A DNA stretch of 64,000 bases from an uncultured Gammaproteobacteria bacterium (GTDB lineage Bacteria; Patescibacteriota; Microgenomatia; Levybacterales; GWA1-39-11), in assembly GCA_964485575.1 (NCBI GenBank), contig CAZAJO010000008.1, positions 921 to 64,920 of the forward strand, read 5' to 3'. The notes under the pieces were generated by a model. It was not told where the DNA came from and searched no databases. It was given only the letters and a program-made list of their open reading frames with translations. Positions within the stretch are counted from its first letter, which is position 1. Each line of letters opens with the position of its first letter. The translations under genes and the position numbers were made by a program. Of the stretch, positions 47,565-56,781 are shown piece by piece.

Positions 47565-48590
47565 CTAAATTGCGTCCTTTAATGCAAGTCCTGAGACTAC
47601 ATTAAAACTCAATGAGTCGGCACCGATTTCCGGAGGAACATTTTTCATATCATAAACCTGAAATGAACTTCCGAGAACTACCTGAATATTTAGTTGGTTT
47701 GTAAAATATATGTCAACACCAGGCAACTGAGCAGAGCCACCTGAAAGGATCATCTGGGTTATCGGTTGATTTGGATTCTTTTCTTTATACAATAACATTG
47801 TCTTTCTTATGTCTCCCAATATAGACTCCAAAATAGGGAAGAGTGATTTTCCTATTTTACCCTCAAATGCATCTTTATTGAGACCATAGGCTTTTTTGTA
47901 TGAATCTGCCTGGGTAACATCAATACCAAGATCCAATGATATTGCACGTGTTATCGCAATACCTCCCTTATCAACCGTAAATACCATTATCAGTTCCCCA
48001 TTCTCAACAACAGCAATGTTTGTGGTTGCTGCCCCCATGTGAACAATCATATTAGAGGTACCGGTATTTACGAGTGGAAAGATGGATCTATGGACTGAGA
48101 GCATTTCAGTCTCAATAGTAGAAGGTACTAGACCAAGTTCATCAAGTACTGTTTCGTATTTCTTGATGAGCGAAAGTGACGCAGCTACCAGAAGTATTCT
48201 AGATGTTTTGTTTTGCGCAGTTGAAGGACTAAGTACTTGCCAATCAGTCTTGACTTGATCCAATGGAAGAGGAATGTATTGCTCCATTTCATATTTAAGA
48301 GCCGCTGCCAATTCCTTTTCGGAAAGCGCAGGCATCTCAATAATTTTTGTATATACCTGGCTTTCAGGCAGAGCAACATTTACCTCTTTCTGTTTTATAT
48401 TTGCACTTGCAATGATTTGCTTTACTGCTTCAGCAAACTTATGAAGATCCTCTGGGGATTCGGACATGATTCCCTTTTGTGGAGCTGGACCCAGGCCCAT
48501 CGACTCTATAGCAAAAGAGTTTCCTCCTTTTTTAAGAGAAAGCGCCTTGATAGACGTCGTTCCAATGTCTAACCCAAATGTATCGCTCAT
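47565..48590 (-). CDS. pilM: type IV pilus assembly protein PilM (actin-like ATPase fold)
   Basis: MSDTFGLDIGTTSIKALSL... is the actin-like phosphate-1 motif. 341 aa. Confidence 0.8.
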   Translation of the reverse strand: MSDTFGLDIGTTSIKALSLKKGGNSFAIESMGLGPAPQKGIMSESPEDLHKFAEAVKQIIASANIKQKEVNVALPESQVYTKIIEMPALSEKELAAALKYEMEQYIPLPLDQVKTDWQVLSPSTAQNKTSRILLVAASLSLIKKYETVLDELGLVPSTIETEMLSVHRSIFPLVNTGTSNMIVHMGAATTNIAVVENGELIMVFTVDKGGIAITRAISLDLGIDVTQADSYKKAYGLNKDAFEGKIGKSLFPILESILGDIRKTMLLYKEKNPNQPITQMILSGGSAQLPGVDIYFTNQLNIQVVLGSSFQVYDMKNVPPEIGADSLSFNVVSGLALKDAI

Positions 48591-49468
48591 TGTGACAGTA
48601 ATGAATAGGGAAATATCTCAAGTGGCAGTTGGGGATATGACTGGAAATAAACAACTTTTCTGACCGTGTCCCCGGATGTACCCGTTGAAGTTACCACGGA
48701 TCCTTGAGCTGGAAAGACTACCCCTGAAGACTGAAAACCAACAAGACTTGAGTTAAATATTGGGATGACTTTCATGATAAGACCATTTGATAGACTTGCT
48801 CCTCCAAAAGTGAGTGAGGCTGAATTTCTAAATGTTACTCCTTTTAGAGTGAATGGCCCACCCGAGGTGGTGCCAGTTGCCGCACCGGAAATTCTTGAAC
48901 ATCCGGATGCTTCATACACATTTTTTTGAATTGTAGGATTGGCAACCGTTCCTCTCAACAAAACTACTTCGATTGCAGGAGCGACACTGTCACCACTTGA
49001 AGCTGAACAAGAAGTCTGTGACACATTGCCCCAATATAGAGTGATACCCACGGGATTTCCTGCTCCCATTTGATTGAGGAAAAGGTTTGCTGGATTTGCT
49101 GAATAATCAGATAGCCATACATCTGCTCCTGAAGCTTGATCAACCTCCTGTCCATTGTTTATGACAATAGCAGTTCCATTGTCTGTCGTAAAAGTAGTTG
49201 AGAAAGAGGCGTTATTATCTAGATTTATTGGGGAATTTAAAGTACCGATACCACTTTGTCTCTCGATTGTTTGTTGAATGCCTGATTCAGCAGCCTGAAA
49301 AGCTCTTTGAGATTCTTCATTTTGCTTTGAAAGTTTTAATTCAGTTACAACCCGGGCTGCAATGGATAATCCAACTGTTAATGCAACGATCATGGTCAAT
49401 ACCACAATGAGGAGGATTTGTCCTTTCTGACCACCACGAATAATCCCATTTCTAAAAGACATAGACAT
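48587..49468 (-). CDS. PilX-N-like pilus-associated protein (pilin-like N-terminal helix, no Glu5)
   Basis: N-terminus GGQKGQILLIVVLTMIVALTVGLSIA resembles the PilX_N pattern. 4-nt overlap with pilM. Confidence 0.4.
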   Translation of the reverse strand: MSMSFRNGIIRGGQKGQILLIVVLTMIVALTVGLSIAARVVTELKLSKQNEESQRAFQAAESGIQQTIERQSGIGTLNSPINLDNNASFSTTFTTDNGTAIVINNGQEVDQASGADVWLSDYSANPANLFLNQMGAGNPVGITLYWGNVSQTSCSASSGDSVAPAIEVVLLRGTVANPTIQKNVYEASGCSRISGAATGTTSGGPFTLKGVTFRNSASLTFGGASLSNGLIMKVIPIFNSSLVGFQSSGVVFPAQGSVVTSTGTSGDTVRKVVYFQSYPQLPLEIFPYSLLSQ

Positions 49469-49501
49469 ATCAATAATACGGTCAAAGCGGAGACGATGTC
49501 A

Positions 49502-49558
49502 AGCTACGACCTGCTATTCAGGTTGCGCTACGACCTGCTATGCAGGTTGCGCTATGGA
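49502..49558. repeat. 24-nt tandem direct repeat (2.3 copies); each unit carries an ACCTG...CAGGT hairpin
   Basis: gctacgacctgctattcaggttgc / gctacgacctgctatgcaggttgc / gctatggac, lying between two pilin-like genes. Confidence 0.7.
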
Positions 49559-50136
49559 CTAAAGTTTCTCATCGTAACTGATGTATTGAATGGACTATTT
49601 GCTGTATTTTCACTTGTAGTATTTGCTCTTTGTGAAACGGTGAAAGATACGCTTATGATAGGCTGAGAATAAGGGTTTGCATTATTTTGTAAACACGAAA
49701 AAGTACAGCTAGCAGGATCAACTTTTACTGAATTATTGTCTATTAGATAGGTAGTTATAGAACCACTGGAGGAAGCTATGCTTGCTGATTGAATATCGCA
49801 AGAAAACGCTACGAGTGAGTTATCGGATTGCTTGAATTCGATTGACGTGCCTGACTTAAGAGTAGTGCAATCTGAGATGGCAACACCTCCAACTTTTGTC
49901 ACTGACTCAGCCAATCTTGCAGTATTTGAAATAATTGAAAGAGCATAATTACCATTTTGAGAAACATCATTTGTTACTTTAGTCTTATTACCACCACGAA
50001 GAGTAGAGTAGAGAATACCGACTATTAGCCCCGACACAATCACAATGATACTTGTAACAGCCAAAAGCTCAACAAGAGTGTAGCCCTTTTGGCCATTTTT
50101 TAGTTTGTAGTTTATAGTTTTTAGTTTGGTAATCAT
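49552..50136 (-). CDS. type IV minor pilin / pseudopilin (prepilin N-terminal methylation domain)
   Basis: Leader ...NGQKG|YTLVELLAVTSIIVIV with Glu at +5. Confidence 0.8.
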   Translation of the reverse strand: MITKLKTINYKLKNGQKGYTLVELLAVTSIIVIVSGLIVGILYSTLRGGNKTKVTNDVSQNGNYALSIISNTARLAESVTKVGGVAISDCTTLKSGTSIEFKQSDNSLVAFSCDIQSASIASSSGSITTYLIDNNSVKVDPASCTFSCLQNNANPYSQPIISVSFTVSQRANTTSENTANSPFNTSVTMRNFSP

Positions 50137-50678
50137 GGATTACTGGCAGGATACGCATATGGCATACATGCAATAAGTTCTGACTTGTGACAAAATGTGT
50201 TTGTCGAGGGACATTTCGTCGAAATCCATTTGACTCGTACAGTTACTTTTATTTCAGTGTTTGGACATTGCCCCCCACTTGGGGAAAAAACAACTGTCCT
50301 GTTAAAAGTTGTTCCCAGGTTGATTCCAGTATCGCTACAAGATGTAGTTGTTAAAGTATTGTTATCTTCATCAATACAGTATGTTGCATTTTGGTTAAAT
50401 GAAGCAAAGGTTGAAAGATCGTTTTTCTGTATGTTCCTTACGAATTCGATTCCTTGTTGCGCATACTTATTGGCTTGGTTTTGTTTTTTTATGAAAGTAG
50501 AATTATATAGTCCATTCACAATCACAATAGCTATAGCTGTAATGATAAGAAGGATAGTCATAAGCGCAACTATCGCTTCAATAATTGTTTGACCCCTTTG
50601 AAGTTTGTGTTTCATATCATTGAACAGAAATATTTCCACCGGAATCAATAGTGATAGTTTTTGTCTGACCGTATCCAA
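50133..50678 (-). CDS. type IV minor pilin-like protein
   Basis: ...KHKLQRG|QTIIEAIVALMTILLII. The probable true start is the internal Met at ~50615, which removes the overlap with the upstream pilin. Confidence 0.7.
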   Translation of the reverse strand: MDTVRQKLSLLIPVEIFLFNDMKHKLQRGQTIIEAIVALMTILLIITAIAIVIVNGLYNSTFIKKQNQANKYAQQGIEFVRNIQKNDLSTFASFNQNATYCIDEDNNTLTTTSCSDTGINLGTTFNRTVVFSPSGGQCPNTEIKVTVRVKWISTKCPSTNTFCHKSELIACMPYAYPASNP

Positions 50679-51168
50679 TCACTACGATATTACATGGAGC
50701 CCCACCAACCGTTGACGACAAAGGACTAAAATGAACCTGAGTACAAGTAGTTGCAGCAGAAAAAGTTAAATTGTTGGGTAAAACAAGAAGTCTTATGCGT
50801 GAGGGGCTTACATTCTCGCACAATTGATTGAGTTCCATCTGAGAATTACCAAGCATATTTATTGTGTATCCCCCAAGAGAATCAGAACCACAAGAGATGG
50901 TATTGCCATTGAGGTCTTGATTGGTCTTGACTGCAGATAGTGCGTTGAATCGAGCCTGACTAACAAGAAGTTTTATATTATTGCCGGTTTGATTGACTTG
51001 TTGGGAGTGACTATACGTAACGAAAGACACAATTCCTATGCCAGAAAGTACAGCAATTATGCTAAACACAACAAGAAGCTCAATTAGGGTGAAACCACGA
51101 GAATTTGAGAGTTGAGATTTGAGAATTAAGAATTTTAAATTTGTGATCTTCTGGGTAAAACATTTCAT
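50617..51168 (-). CDS. type IV pilin (prepilin)
   Basis: Leader ...LKSQLSNSRG|FTLIELLVVFSIIAVL; the same leader as the next pilin. Confidence 0.8.
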   Translation of the reverse strand: MKCFTQKITNLKFLILKSQLSNSRGFTLIELLVVFSIIAVLSGIGIVSFVTYSHSQQVNQTGNNIKLLVSQARFNALSAVKTNQDLNGNTISCGSDSLGGYTINMLGNSQMELNQLCENVSPSRIRLLVLPNNLTFSAATTCTQVHFSPLSSTVGGAPCNIVVIGYGQTKTITIDSGGNISVQ

Positions 51169-51205
51169 ACTTAAATATCAATTCTCAATTTTCAATTATC
51201 AATTT

Positions 51206-51667
51206 TTATGGGCTGGTTAATTTGAAAGGTACATTCGGGGAAGTACAAACGTTAGCGTCGGCTTGATCAGTATCCTTCTCAGAGTCATTTGAATTCTCAA
51301 GGCAACCAAATAGTGTGTAGGTAGATCCGTCAACTGCTGCAGTATATATATAAGGGTCACCCGTAACTGGATCACATGGTACTTTCTGCATATATACGGT
51401 CCCATTTACTGAAATCCCATTACCACAAGTAGATAGATTTGCAGTAGCAGGGTAGTCACCATTATCTGCTCTGTAAAGCTCTAAAGCAGACTGCATTTGG
51501 TACATATTTGACTTTCTTTGCCCGTCTCTTCCTCGTTGTCTTGCACCAATGAAATTTGCTGTCAAAAGAGCTGTGAGAATAGCAATTATAGAGATTGAAA
51601 CCAATAATTCGATGAGCGTGAAACCTCGAGGGTTTGAGAGTTGAGATTTGAGAGTTGAGAATTTCAT
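51206..51667 (-). CDS. type IV pilin (prepilin), Cys-containing
   Basis: MKFSTLKSQLSNPRG|FTLIELLVSISIIAIL. 153 aa with four Cys. Confidence 0.85.
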   Translation of the reverse strand: MKFSTLKSQLSNPRGFTLIELLVSISIIAILTALLTANFIGARQRGRDGQRKSNMYQMQSALELYRADNGDYPATANLSTCGNGISVNGTVYMQKVPCDPVTGDPYIYTAAVDGSTYTLFGCLENSNDSEKDTDQADANVCTSPNVPFKLTSP

Positions 51668-52029
51668 GATTGATTCTTAAGTTTATTAATTATAGAAACC
51701 AGTATGGCTACAATCTCATTTGATTCACTTTTAAGTTTAGATAGTTCTTTTGCCGAAAGCAAGCCTGATACCTCAATGACTTCAAGCCAATAGTATGTCT
51801 CCTTAGCTTCTCGAAGAGAAATGAGCATTTTTTGCCTAAAATCCTTAGGTGATGATGCATCTTGCGCCTCGTAAACATTCGCCCCAATTGAAGTAGCAGA
51901 CCTAACAATTTGAGATGCTAACGCGTAACCTGCAGGAGTTTTTGGAAACATATTAGACAACCTTATAGTATCTGAAGAAAAAGAAATCAAACGTTGCATA
52001 AATTCTTTTTTCCATTGATTTCTGTCCAT
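51664..52029 (-). CDS. four-helix-bundle protein of the 23S-rRNA-IVS (TIGR02436-like) family
   Basis: ...SQIVRSATSIGANVYEAQDASSPKDFRQKMLISLREAKETYYWLEV... matches the family pattern (SIGANIAEG...DF...L.IA.GS..E...WL). Confidence 0.55.
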   Translation of the reverse strand: MDRNQWKKEFMQRLISFSSDTIRLSNMFPKTPAGYALASQIVRSATSIGANVYEAQDASSPKDFRQKMLISLREAKETYYWLEVIEVSGLLSAKELSKLKSESNEIVAILVSIINKLKNQS

Positions 52030-52069
52030 AATGTGAACATTTTTAAATTTTCAAATCTCAATTCTCAAT

Positions 52070-52717
52070 TCATGGCGATATATTTGGGCTTGTAACTCCA
52101 TAGGTGCAGGGCACATTTGTTCCGCAGGTTATATCTGTTCCGCCAATTCCGGTCCCAATCGTACTTTGGCAAGCACTTCCGCCATTGCAAGCCTGAGGAT
52201 CATTGCCACCTCTGTCTAAAGATGCATAAAGTGCATACGACTGCCCGGTAGAATCTGACCAGTACGCATAATTCTTAGCAACCTTTGGATCTATTGGGAG
52301 TACATCCATATATGGACTCCATGTGTGTCCCCATGCAACTGCGGTACCGCTTGTCCCATCTGTGGATATCTCATTTATGTTTGCAGCTTGGTAGGCTGGA
52401 GGATATCTATGGAAGTCGTTATAATAGACCTCAAGTGCTCTTTGGACCTGTGCAAGGTCTCCTTTTCTTTTTGAGTCCTGGCTTTTATTGAACTGCTCAA
52501 CTGGATTGACAACGGCAAGGATGAGTGCGGACAAAACTCCAAGAACACCGATGACCGTAATTAGCTCGATGAGAGTAAATCCACCACTTACCCCTACAAG
52601 AAGTTGTTGACGAAGATATTGAGGATTTGTTCTCCCCAAAAAAGGGATATCACGACTGAAACAACCAAAAAAGGTCCGAACGGAATTGTGCTTCCAAAAA
52701 AGTGCAATTTGCGCCAT
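52070..52717 (-). CDS. type IV pilin (prepilin); start probably downstream of the track start
   Basis: ...LLVGVSGG|FTLIELITVIGVLGVL. The track start overlaps pilD by 124 nt. An in-frame TTG at ~52639 would give a 20-aa leader. Confidence 0.75.
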   Translation of the reverse strand: MAQIALFWKHNSVRTFFGCFSRDIPFLGRTNPQYLRQQLLVGVSGGFTLIELITVIGVLGVLSALILAVVNPVEQFNKSQDSKRKGDLAQVQRALEVYYNDFHRYPPAYQAANINEISTDGTSGTAVAWGHTWSPYMDVLPIDPKVAKNYAYWSDSTGQSYALYASLDRGGNDPQACNGGSACQSTIGTGIGGTDITCGTNVPCTYGVTSPNISP

Positions 52718-53355
52718 ACAACCAGTATGATTGAGACCAAAGCACCTGTCAAGAAAGCCATATATAAGGCTACGATGACTGATGGAAATCCCAATAAAAA
52801 CCCTAATACGAAGGAAAATTTAACATCCCCAAACCCCATTCCCCTCCCCTTTGTAATTGCGAAAAGTATAAGAAAAAACAGCAGTGCACCGATTCCTGCA
52901 TATAGATGATTTGTTAGCGGCACATGCTTCTCGTAAAGATAAAAGATGCTTGCTATCGTTGACACTATGACTAATAAGTCAGGTATAATCCCGTATTCGA
53001 TATCGGCAAAAAAGATTCCTATAAGACTCCACAATATCACAGCTAAAAACAAGGCAGAAAACATAGTAATTGTCTGCGCCATAAATAGTGTGGCAACAAG
53101 CGTAAATGTTATACCAGTCAAAACTTCAACAATGATGAGCCTTCGCGGAATTTTTTTCTTACAAAATCTACATTTTCCACCCAAGATAAGATAAGAGACT
53201 ATAGGGATAAGATCTTGTGGGGAGAGTATTCTTTTACAGTGTTCACAGTACGATCTTCCACCAACAATACCACGCCCCGTTGAAAGTCTATCAATAACAA
53301 CGTTTAGAAAACTCCCCAAGACGCTACCAATTATAAAAGAGAGTAGTAGAACCAT
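52594..53355 (-). CDS. pilD: prepilin peptidase (A24 family)
   Basis: N-terminal CxxC...CxxC (YCEHCKR...CRFCKK) followed by polytopic aspartyl peptidase helices. Confidence 0.85.
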   Translation of the reverse strand: MVLLLSFIIGSVLGSFLNVVIDRLSTGRGIVGGRSYCEHCKRILSPQDLIPIVSYLILGGKCRFCKKKIPRRLIIVEVLTGITFTLVATLFMAQTITMFSALFLAVILWSLIGIFFADIEYGIIPDLLVIVSTIASIFYLYEKHVPLTNHLYAGIGALLFFLILFAITKGRGMGFGDVKFSFVLGFLLGFPSVIVALYMAFLTGALVSIILVVWRKLHFFGSTIPFGPFLVVSVVISLFWGEQILNIFVNNFL

Positions 53356-53368
53356 TCCTTAAGTATAC

Positions 53369-55393
53369 CTATTTTTGTACTTCTTTTGTTATGGCTTTCT
53401 TTATATCTTCATTGAAAATACTCTTGTAGTATTTAGCAACCTCATCTACCTTCTTTTTATCTTTGTAACAATTTAATGCGTTGAAGTACCAGAAATAATA
53501 ATAACTTTTCTCGATAGGGTACAGATCTATTGCTTTTTTCATATCCGTATCTGCATCCGAGCAGTTACCGTATTGGCTTTCAACTCTGGATTTGCCTGCA
53601 TATCCTTTAGAAAACTCAGGATCAATAACAGTTGCGTATTTATAGTATTTAGCCGCGGCGCTAAAATCAGCATACTCACTAAAAAAAACATCCCCAATTT
53701 TGACGAATGCATCAGCATAATATGTAGGAATGTCTGACGTTGTAAGATTCCTCTCACTTGGTAGTAGTTTTGCCCGTTCTGGGATGTCGATACTGGCAAA
53801 ATCGTGTGGGAACATCCTCCTATAATCTTCAACGGAGGGTAAATTTTTTCTTTCAATAAGTTGATAACCTATTCCCCTCGGTAACCACATAAATTCGCTA
53901 TTGTTGAGTTTGATCTGCGTTGTCGCAAAAACGGGACGACTCTTTGATATTTTTTCGATAGTCCTAAAAAAGGCGTACAGATCGTCTTTTTTGTATTCTT
54001 TCTTTGATTGCTCAAAGAGAGGTGTGAAATAGTCATTTCTTATGGCAAAATTTCCTATTTCAACAAGCTCTATGTCTGGCCTTGTCTTCTTCACAAAGTG
54101 CATGTACCACGTATTGAATGATTTCGTATCCCCCTCTGCAACAAGTATTGATCCTTTAGGTAAATTTCTCATGAAATTGGCTCCAAATTCATTTCCAATC
54201 GACATGCTTGAGAGGTTTGTTTTTTGATAATTTTTAGTGAACTGCAGTAGTGGAATCAATATAAAAACCGCCAAAAGAATCATTGAATATATCTTTTTTG
54301 AAAAGACTCTTGCAAAAAAAGTGTAGATAAATAGTAATCCCCACGGAAAAAATATGACCAACATGACCTCAGAAAGAAGATAAAAACGTTCAACTGTTGC
54401 AAGAACAAAATTGTTGGTTATAGGAAAAGCTGCATAAAGGATAAATACTGGACCTAGAAGTAGGATAGACCCCATCATCAAAAACCCTAAATATTTTTCT
54501 TTACGAATCATGTTATATATTCCAAGTAGTGAAATAATTACAACTGGTATAGTTAATGAAGAACTGAGTGATTCAAAATAGTTTTTCAATAGGAAACTCC
54601 TCAATTCAAATGCAGGTCTAGGAAATATTCCTGCTGAAAATGTACCATAATCTCTTCTTAATACAAGGTTGATGAAATTCGGAAGGTTTTTTGCGTCATC
54701 CCAGTTTACGACCGGATTTCTAACAGCTGCTATTGGGATGTAAAGATATGGAAGCAGCCCTAAAAGAAAAACAGGGGGTAACCATAGTAATTTTTTGCGG
54801 AAAGAAAAAATTTCCCGTCTTTTGTTTATAGCCAAAAAGACAACTAGTGGGACCAGCATGAGAATAGTCATGTGGTTTGCCAACCCAAGGCCCAAAAATA
54901 ATACTGTCAAAGCTAAGTTTTTAAATCTCACCTTCTTATAAAAAATGAAAATATTGTAAACCATGCAAAGGGAAAGAAATATATTGAGCATAAAAACCTC
55001 AGGTATTTCGCTAAAAAGCCAGAAATGATAGGAAAATGCCAGCGCTCCGATACTTATGATTTGGATCATCTTATCCGATATGAAGATTTTTGTGATTTTC
55101 CAAAAAACGAAAAGTGAACCTATCGCTGCAAAAGCAGAGATCAGTCCAACTTTAGTAACAGGCTCAAGATTTAGTTGCAAATGACTTAAAGCAAAACCAA
55201 GCACTGTAAAGAGTGGGTATCCCGGAGGGTGAGCAACACCACCAACTACAGCAGCAGTAACGAGATCTCCAACATCCCCACCATAAATATCACTTGTCAA
55301 TCCAGATATATAGAAAAATAAGATTATGGACAGAAAAATAGAGACGAAGAAGGAAAAAAAGCCGATTGTTATTTTTATTCCACCAATAGACAT
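53369..55393 (-). CDS. polytopic GT-C-like membrane protein (DUF2723/TMEM260-like) with C-terminal TPR repeats
   Basis: About 12 TM helices, a GDVGDLVTAAVVGGVAHPPGYPLF loop near the N-terminus, and C-terminal TPR-like YYKYATVIDPEFSKGY.../AIDLYPIEKSYYYFW. Confidence 0.45.
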   Translation of the reverse strand: MSIGGIKITIGFFSFFVSIFLSIILFFYISGLTSDIYGGDVGDLVTAAVVGGVAHPPGYPLFTVLGFALSHLQLNLEPVTKVGLISAFAAIGSLFVFWKITKIFISDKMIQIISIGALAFSYHFWLFSEIPEVFMLNIFLSLCMVYNIFIFYKKVRFKNLALTVLFLGLGLANHMTILMLVPLVVFLAINKRREIFSFRKKLLWLPPVFLLGLLPYLYIPIAAVRNPVVNWDDAKNLPNFINLVLRRDYGTFSAGIFPRPAFELRSFLLKNYFESLSSSLTIPVVIISLLGIYNMIRKEKYLGFLMMGSILLLGPVFILYAAFPITNNFVLATVERFYLLSEVMLVIFFPWGLLFIYTFFARVFSKKIYSMILLAVFILIPLLQFTKNYQKTNLSSMSIGNEFGANFMRNLPKGSILVAEGDTKSFNTWYMHFVKKTRPDIELVEIGNFAIRNDYFTPLFEQSKKEYKKDDLYAFFRTIEKISKSRPVFATTQIKLNNSEFMWLPRGIGYQLIERKNLPSVEDYRRMFPHDFASIDIPERAKLLPSERNLTTSDIPTYYADAFVKIGDVFFSEYADFSAAAKYYKYATVIDPEFSKGYAGKSRVESQYGNCSDADTDMKKAIDLYPIEKSYYYFWYFNALNCYKDKKKVDEVAKYYKSIFNEDIKKAITKEVQK

Positions 55394-55443
55394 TATTGAA
55401 AGTTATATCAAAAAAAAGAAATTAAGAGAAGACTAAAGATGAA

Positions 55444-56010
55444 TTACTGTGTACACCAGTAGCAGTTGGCATTATTAGGAGCTACTGGATTGTTTGGACC
55501 TCCTACGCAAGCTGCATTTGAGCTTGGAGTAGTACCATCCTGGTTATACTTTGTATTAATATCACGCTCTTGAGATTTTGATTTTGGCTGATAGCACATT
55601 GTTATATTCCCACCTGTCTCACTAGCATATAGATTGGCAAGTATTCCGGTAGCTGTTGTGAAGGCTGGTTTGAGTTCTCCCTCAGTTATAAGAACTCCGA
55701 GACATGTTGTGAACATAGCAGAATCGGTAAATAAATTGACTGCTGACAACGTATTGTTGCCTACGCCCATACATTCAGCACCTGCTGCCCCCCAAGGCAT
55801 AGCACTATGAGTAGTGTAGTAGCGAATGTTTGCATTCAGAAACTCAACCGCAGTATTTTTAGAATTTGAATCTTGTGCTTTATTCAACTGCTCGAAAGGG
55901 TCAATAGTCGCAACCAAAGCAGCAGCGAGGATACCGAGAATACCAATAACAACGAGAAGCTCGATGAGGGTGAAACCTTTCTGTAACTGTCGGACAGGTG
56001 ACAATTTCAT
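55444..56010 (-). CDS. type IV pilin, canonical leader (major pilin candidate)
   Basis: MKLSPVRQLQKG|FTLIELLVVIGILGILAAALVA. Six Cys. Strong upstream promoter-like elements. Confidence 0.85.
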   Translation of the reverse strand: MKLSPVRQLQKGFTLIELLVVIGILGILAAALVATIDPFEQLNKAQDSNSKNTAVEFLNANIRYYTTHSAMPWGAAGAECMGVGNNTLSAVNLFTDSAMFTTCLGVLITEGELKPAFTTATGILANLYASETGGNITMCYQPKSKSQERDINTKYNQDGTTPSSNAACVGGPNNPVAPNNANCYWCTQ

Positions 56011-56019
56011 ATTAAGTCA

Positions 56020-56052
56020 ATCATAACCACAATGAATTTCCCTTGTCAAGGG
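56020..56052 (-). promoter_or_regulatory. putative promoter (-35 TTGACA, 18 nt, -10 TATGAT) overlapping a 13-bp palindrome CCCTTGaCAAGGG
   Basis: Minus-strand read: ccCCTTGACAAGGGaaattcattgtggtTATGATtgacttaatATG(56010). Confidence 0.4.
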
Positions 56053-56064
56053 GTACTTTCACGC

Positions 56065-56673
56065 TTAAAGGAAGATAGATTCAATGGCAATTTTTCTATT
56101 TATGTTATTGGTTTTGGTAAGACTCAAAAGAGGTAAAGCTTTCTTACAATAATGAAAATAACTGACTACGTTTTCATCATCGATGCTTTCAAGAAGTAGT
56201 GTCCTTAAAACAGGGATAATTTCATCTAAAGAATAATCCTCTAGAAAAATTGCTGCATCATCTATCGTTCCCCAATCTCCTTTTGTCTTGCATATGTTCC
56301 TTATCAGGCTAGGGAGCTCTTTAATAATAGTTGTTTCAAATCCCACTCTGACAACCGAACATCTGGAACGAATCGTCGGCAACAAATAATCTTCGTTCAT
56401 TGATACAAAAATGAAATAAATATTCTCATTTGCTTCTTCAATATTTTTAAGAAGAGCATTCTGTGCCTCAATAGTAAGAGTACCTCTAAAAACGATCAGT
56501 TTTTTTGTTGGCGTTTTGTAGTTGAGGGATTTTTTTATATTTCTTGCATCTTCAATCTTGATGATTTCATCAATATATTCAGTCTCGAAAGGGGAGAAGA
56601 GATTTTCTATCTGGTATCTCTCTAAATATTCATCCGTAAGTCTTTTGTCACCGATTAATAAGATGCTATTCAT
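56065..56673 (-). CDS. DNA polymerase III delta-prime (HolB)-like, short form without P-loop
   Basis: TIEAQNALLKNIEE... and the sensor-2-like LLPTIRSRC. Confidence 0.5.
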   Translation of the reverse strand: MNSILLIGDKRLTDEYLERYQIENLFSPFETEYIDEIIKIEDARNIKKSLNYKTPTKKLIVFRGTLTIEAQNALLKNIEEANENIYFIFVSMNEDYLLPTIRSRCSVVRVGFETTIIKELPSLIRNICKTKGDWGTIDDAAIFLEDYSLDEIIPVLRTLLLESIDDENVVSYFHYCKKALPLLSLTKTNNINRKIAIESIFL

Positions 56674-56781
56674 TCAATTTATTTTATACCATATATAGAA
56701 AGTGTTGTTGACGGCAATGGCAATTTCAACTACGATAAATGTACCGCTTTTAGGAAGCGGGGTTTGTAGTGAGGAAAAACT

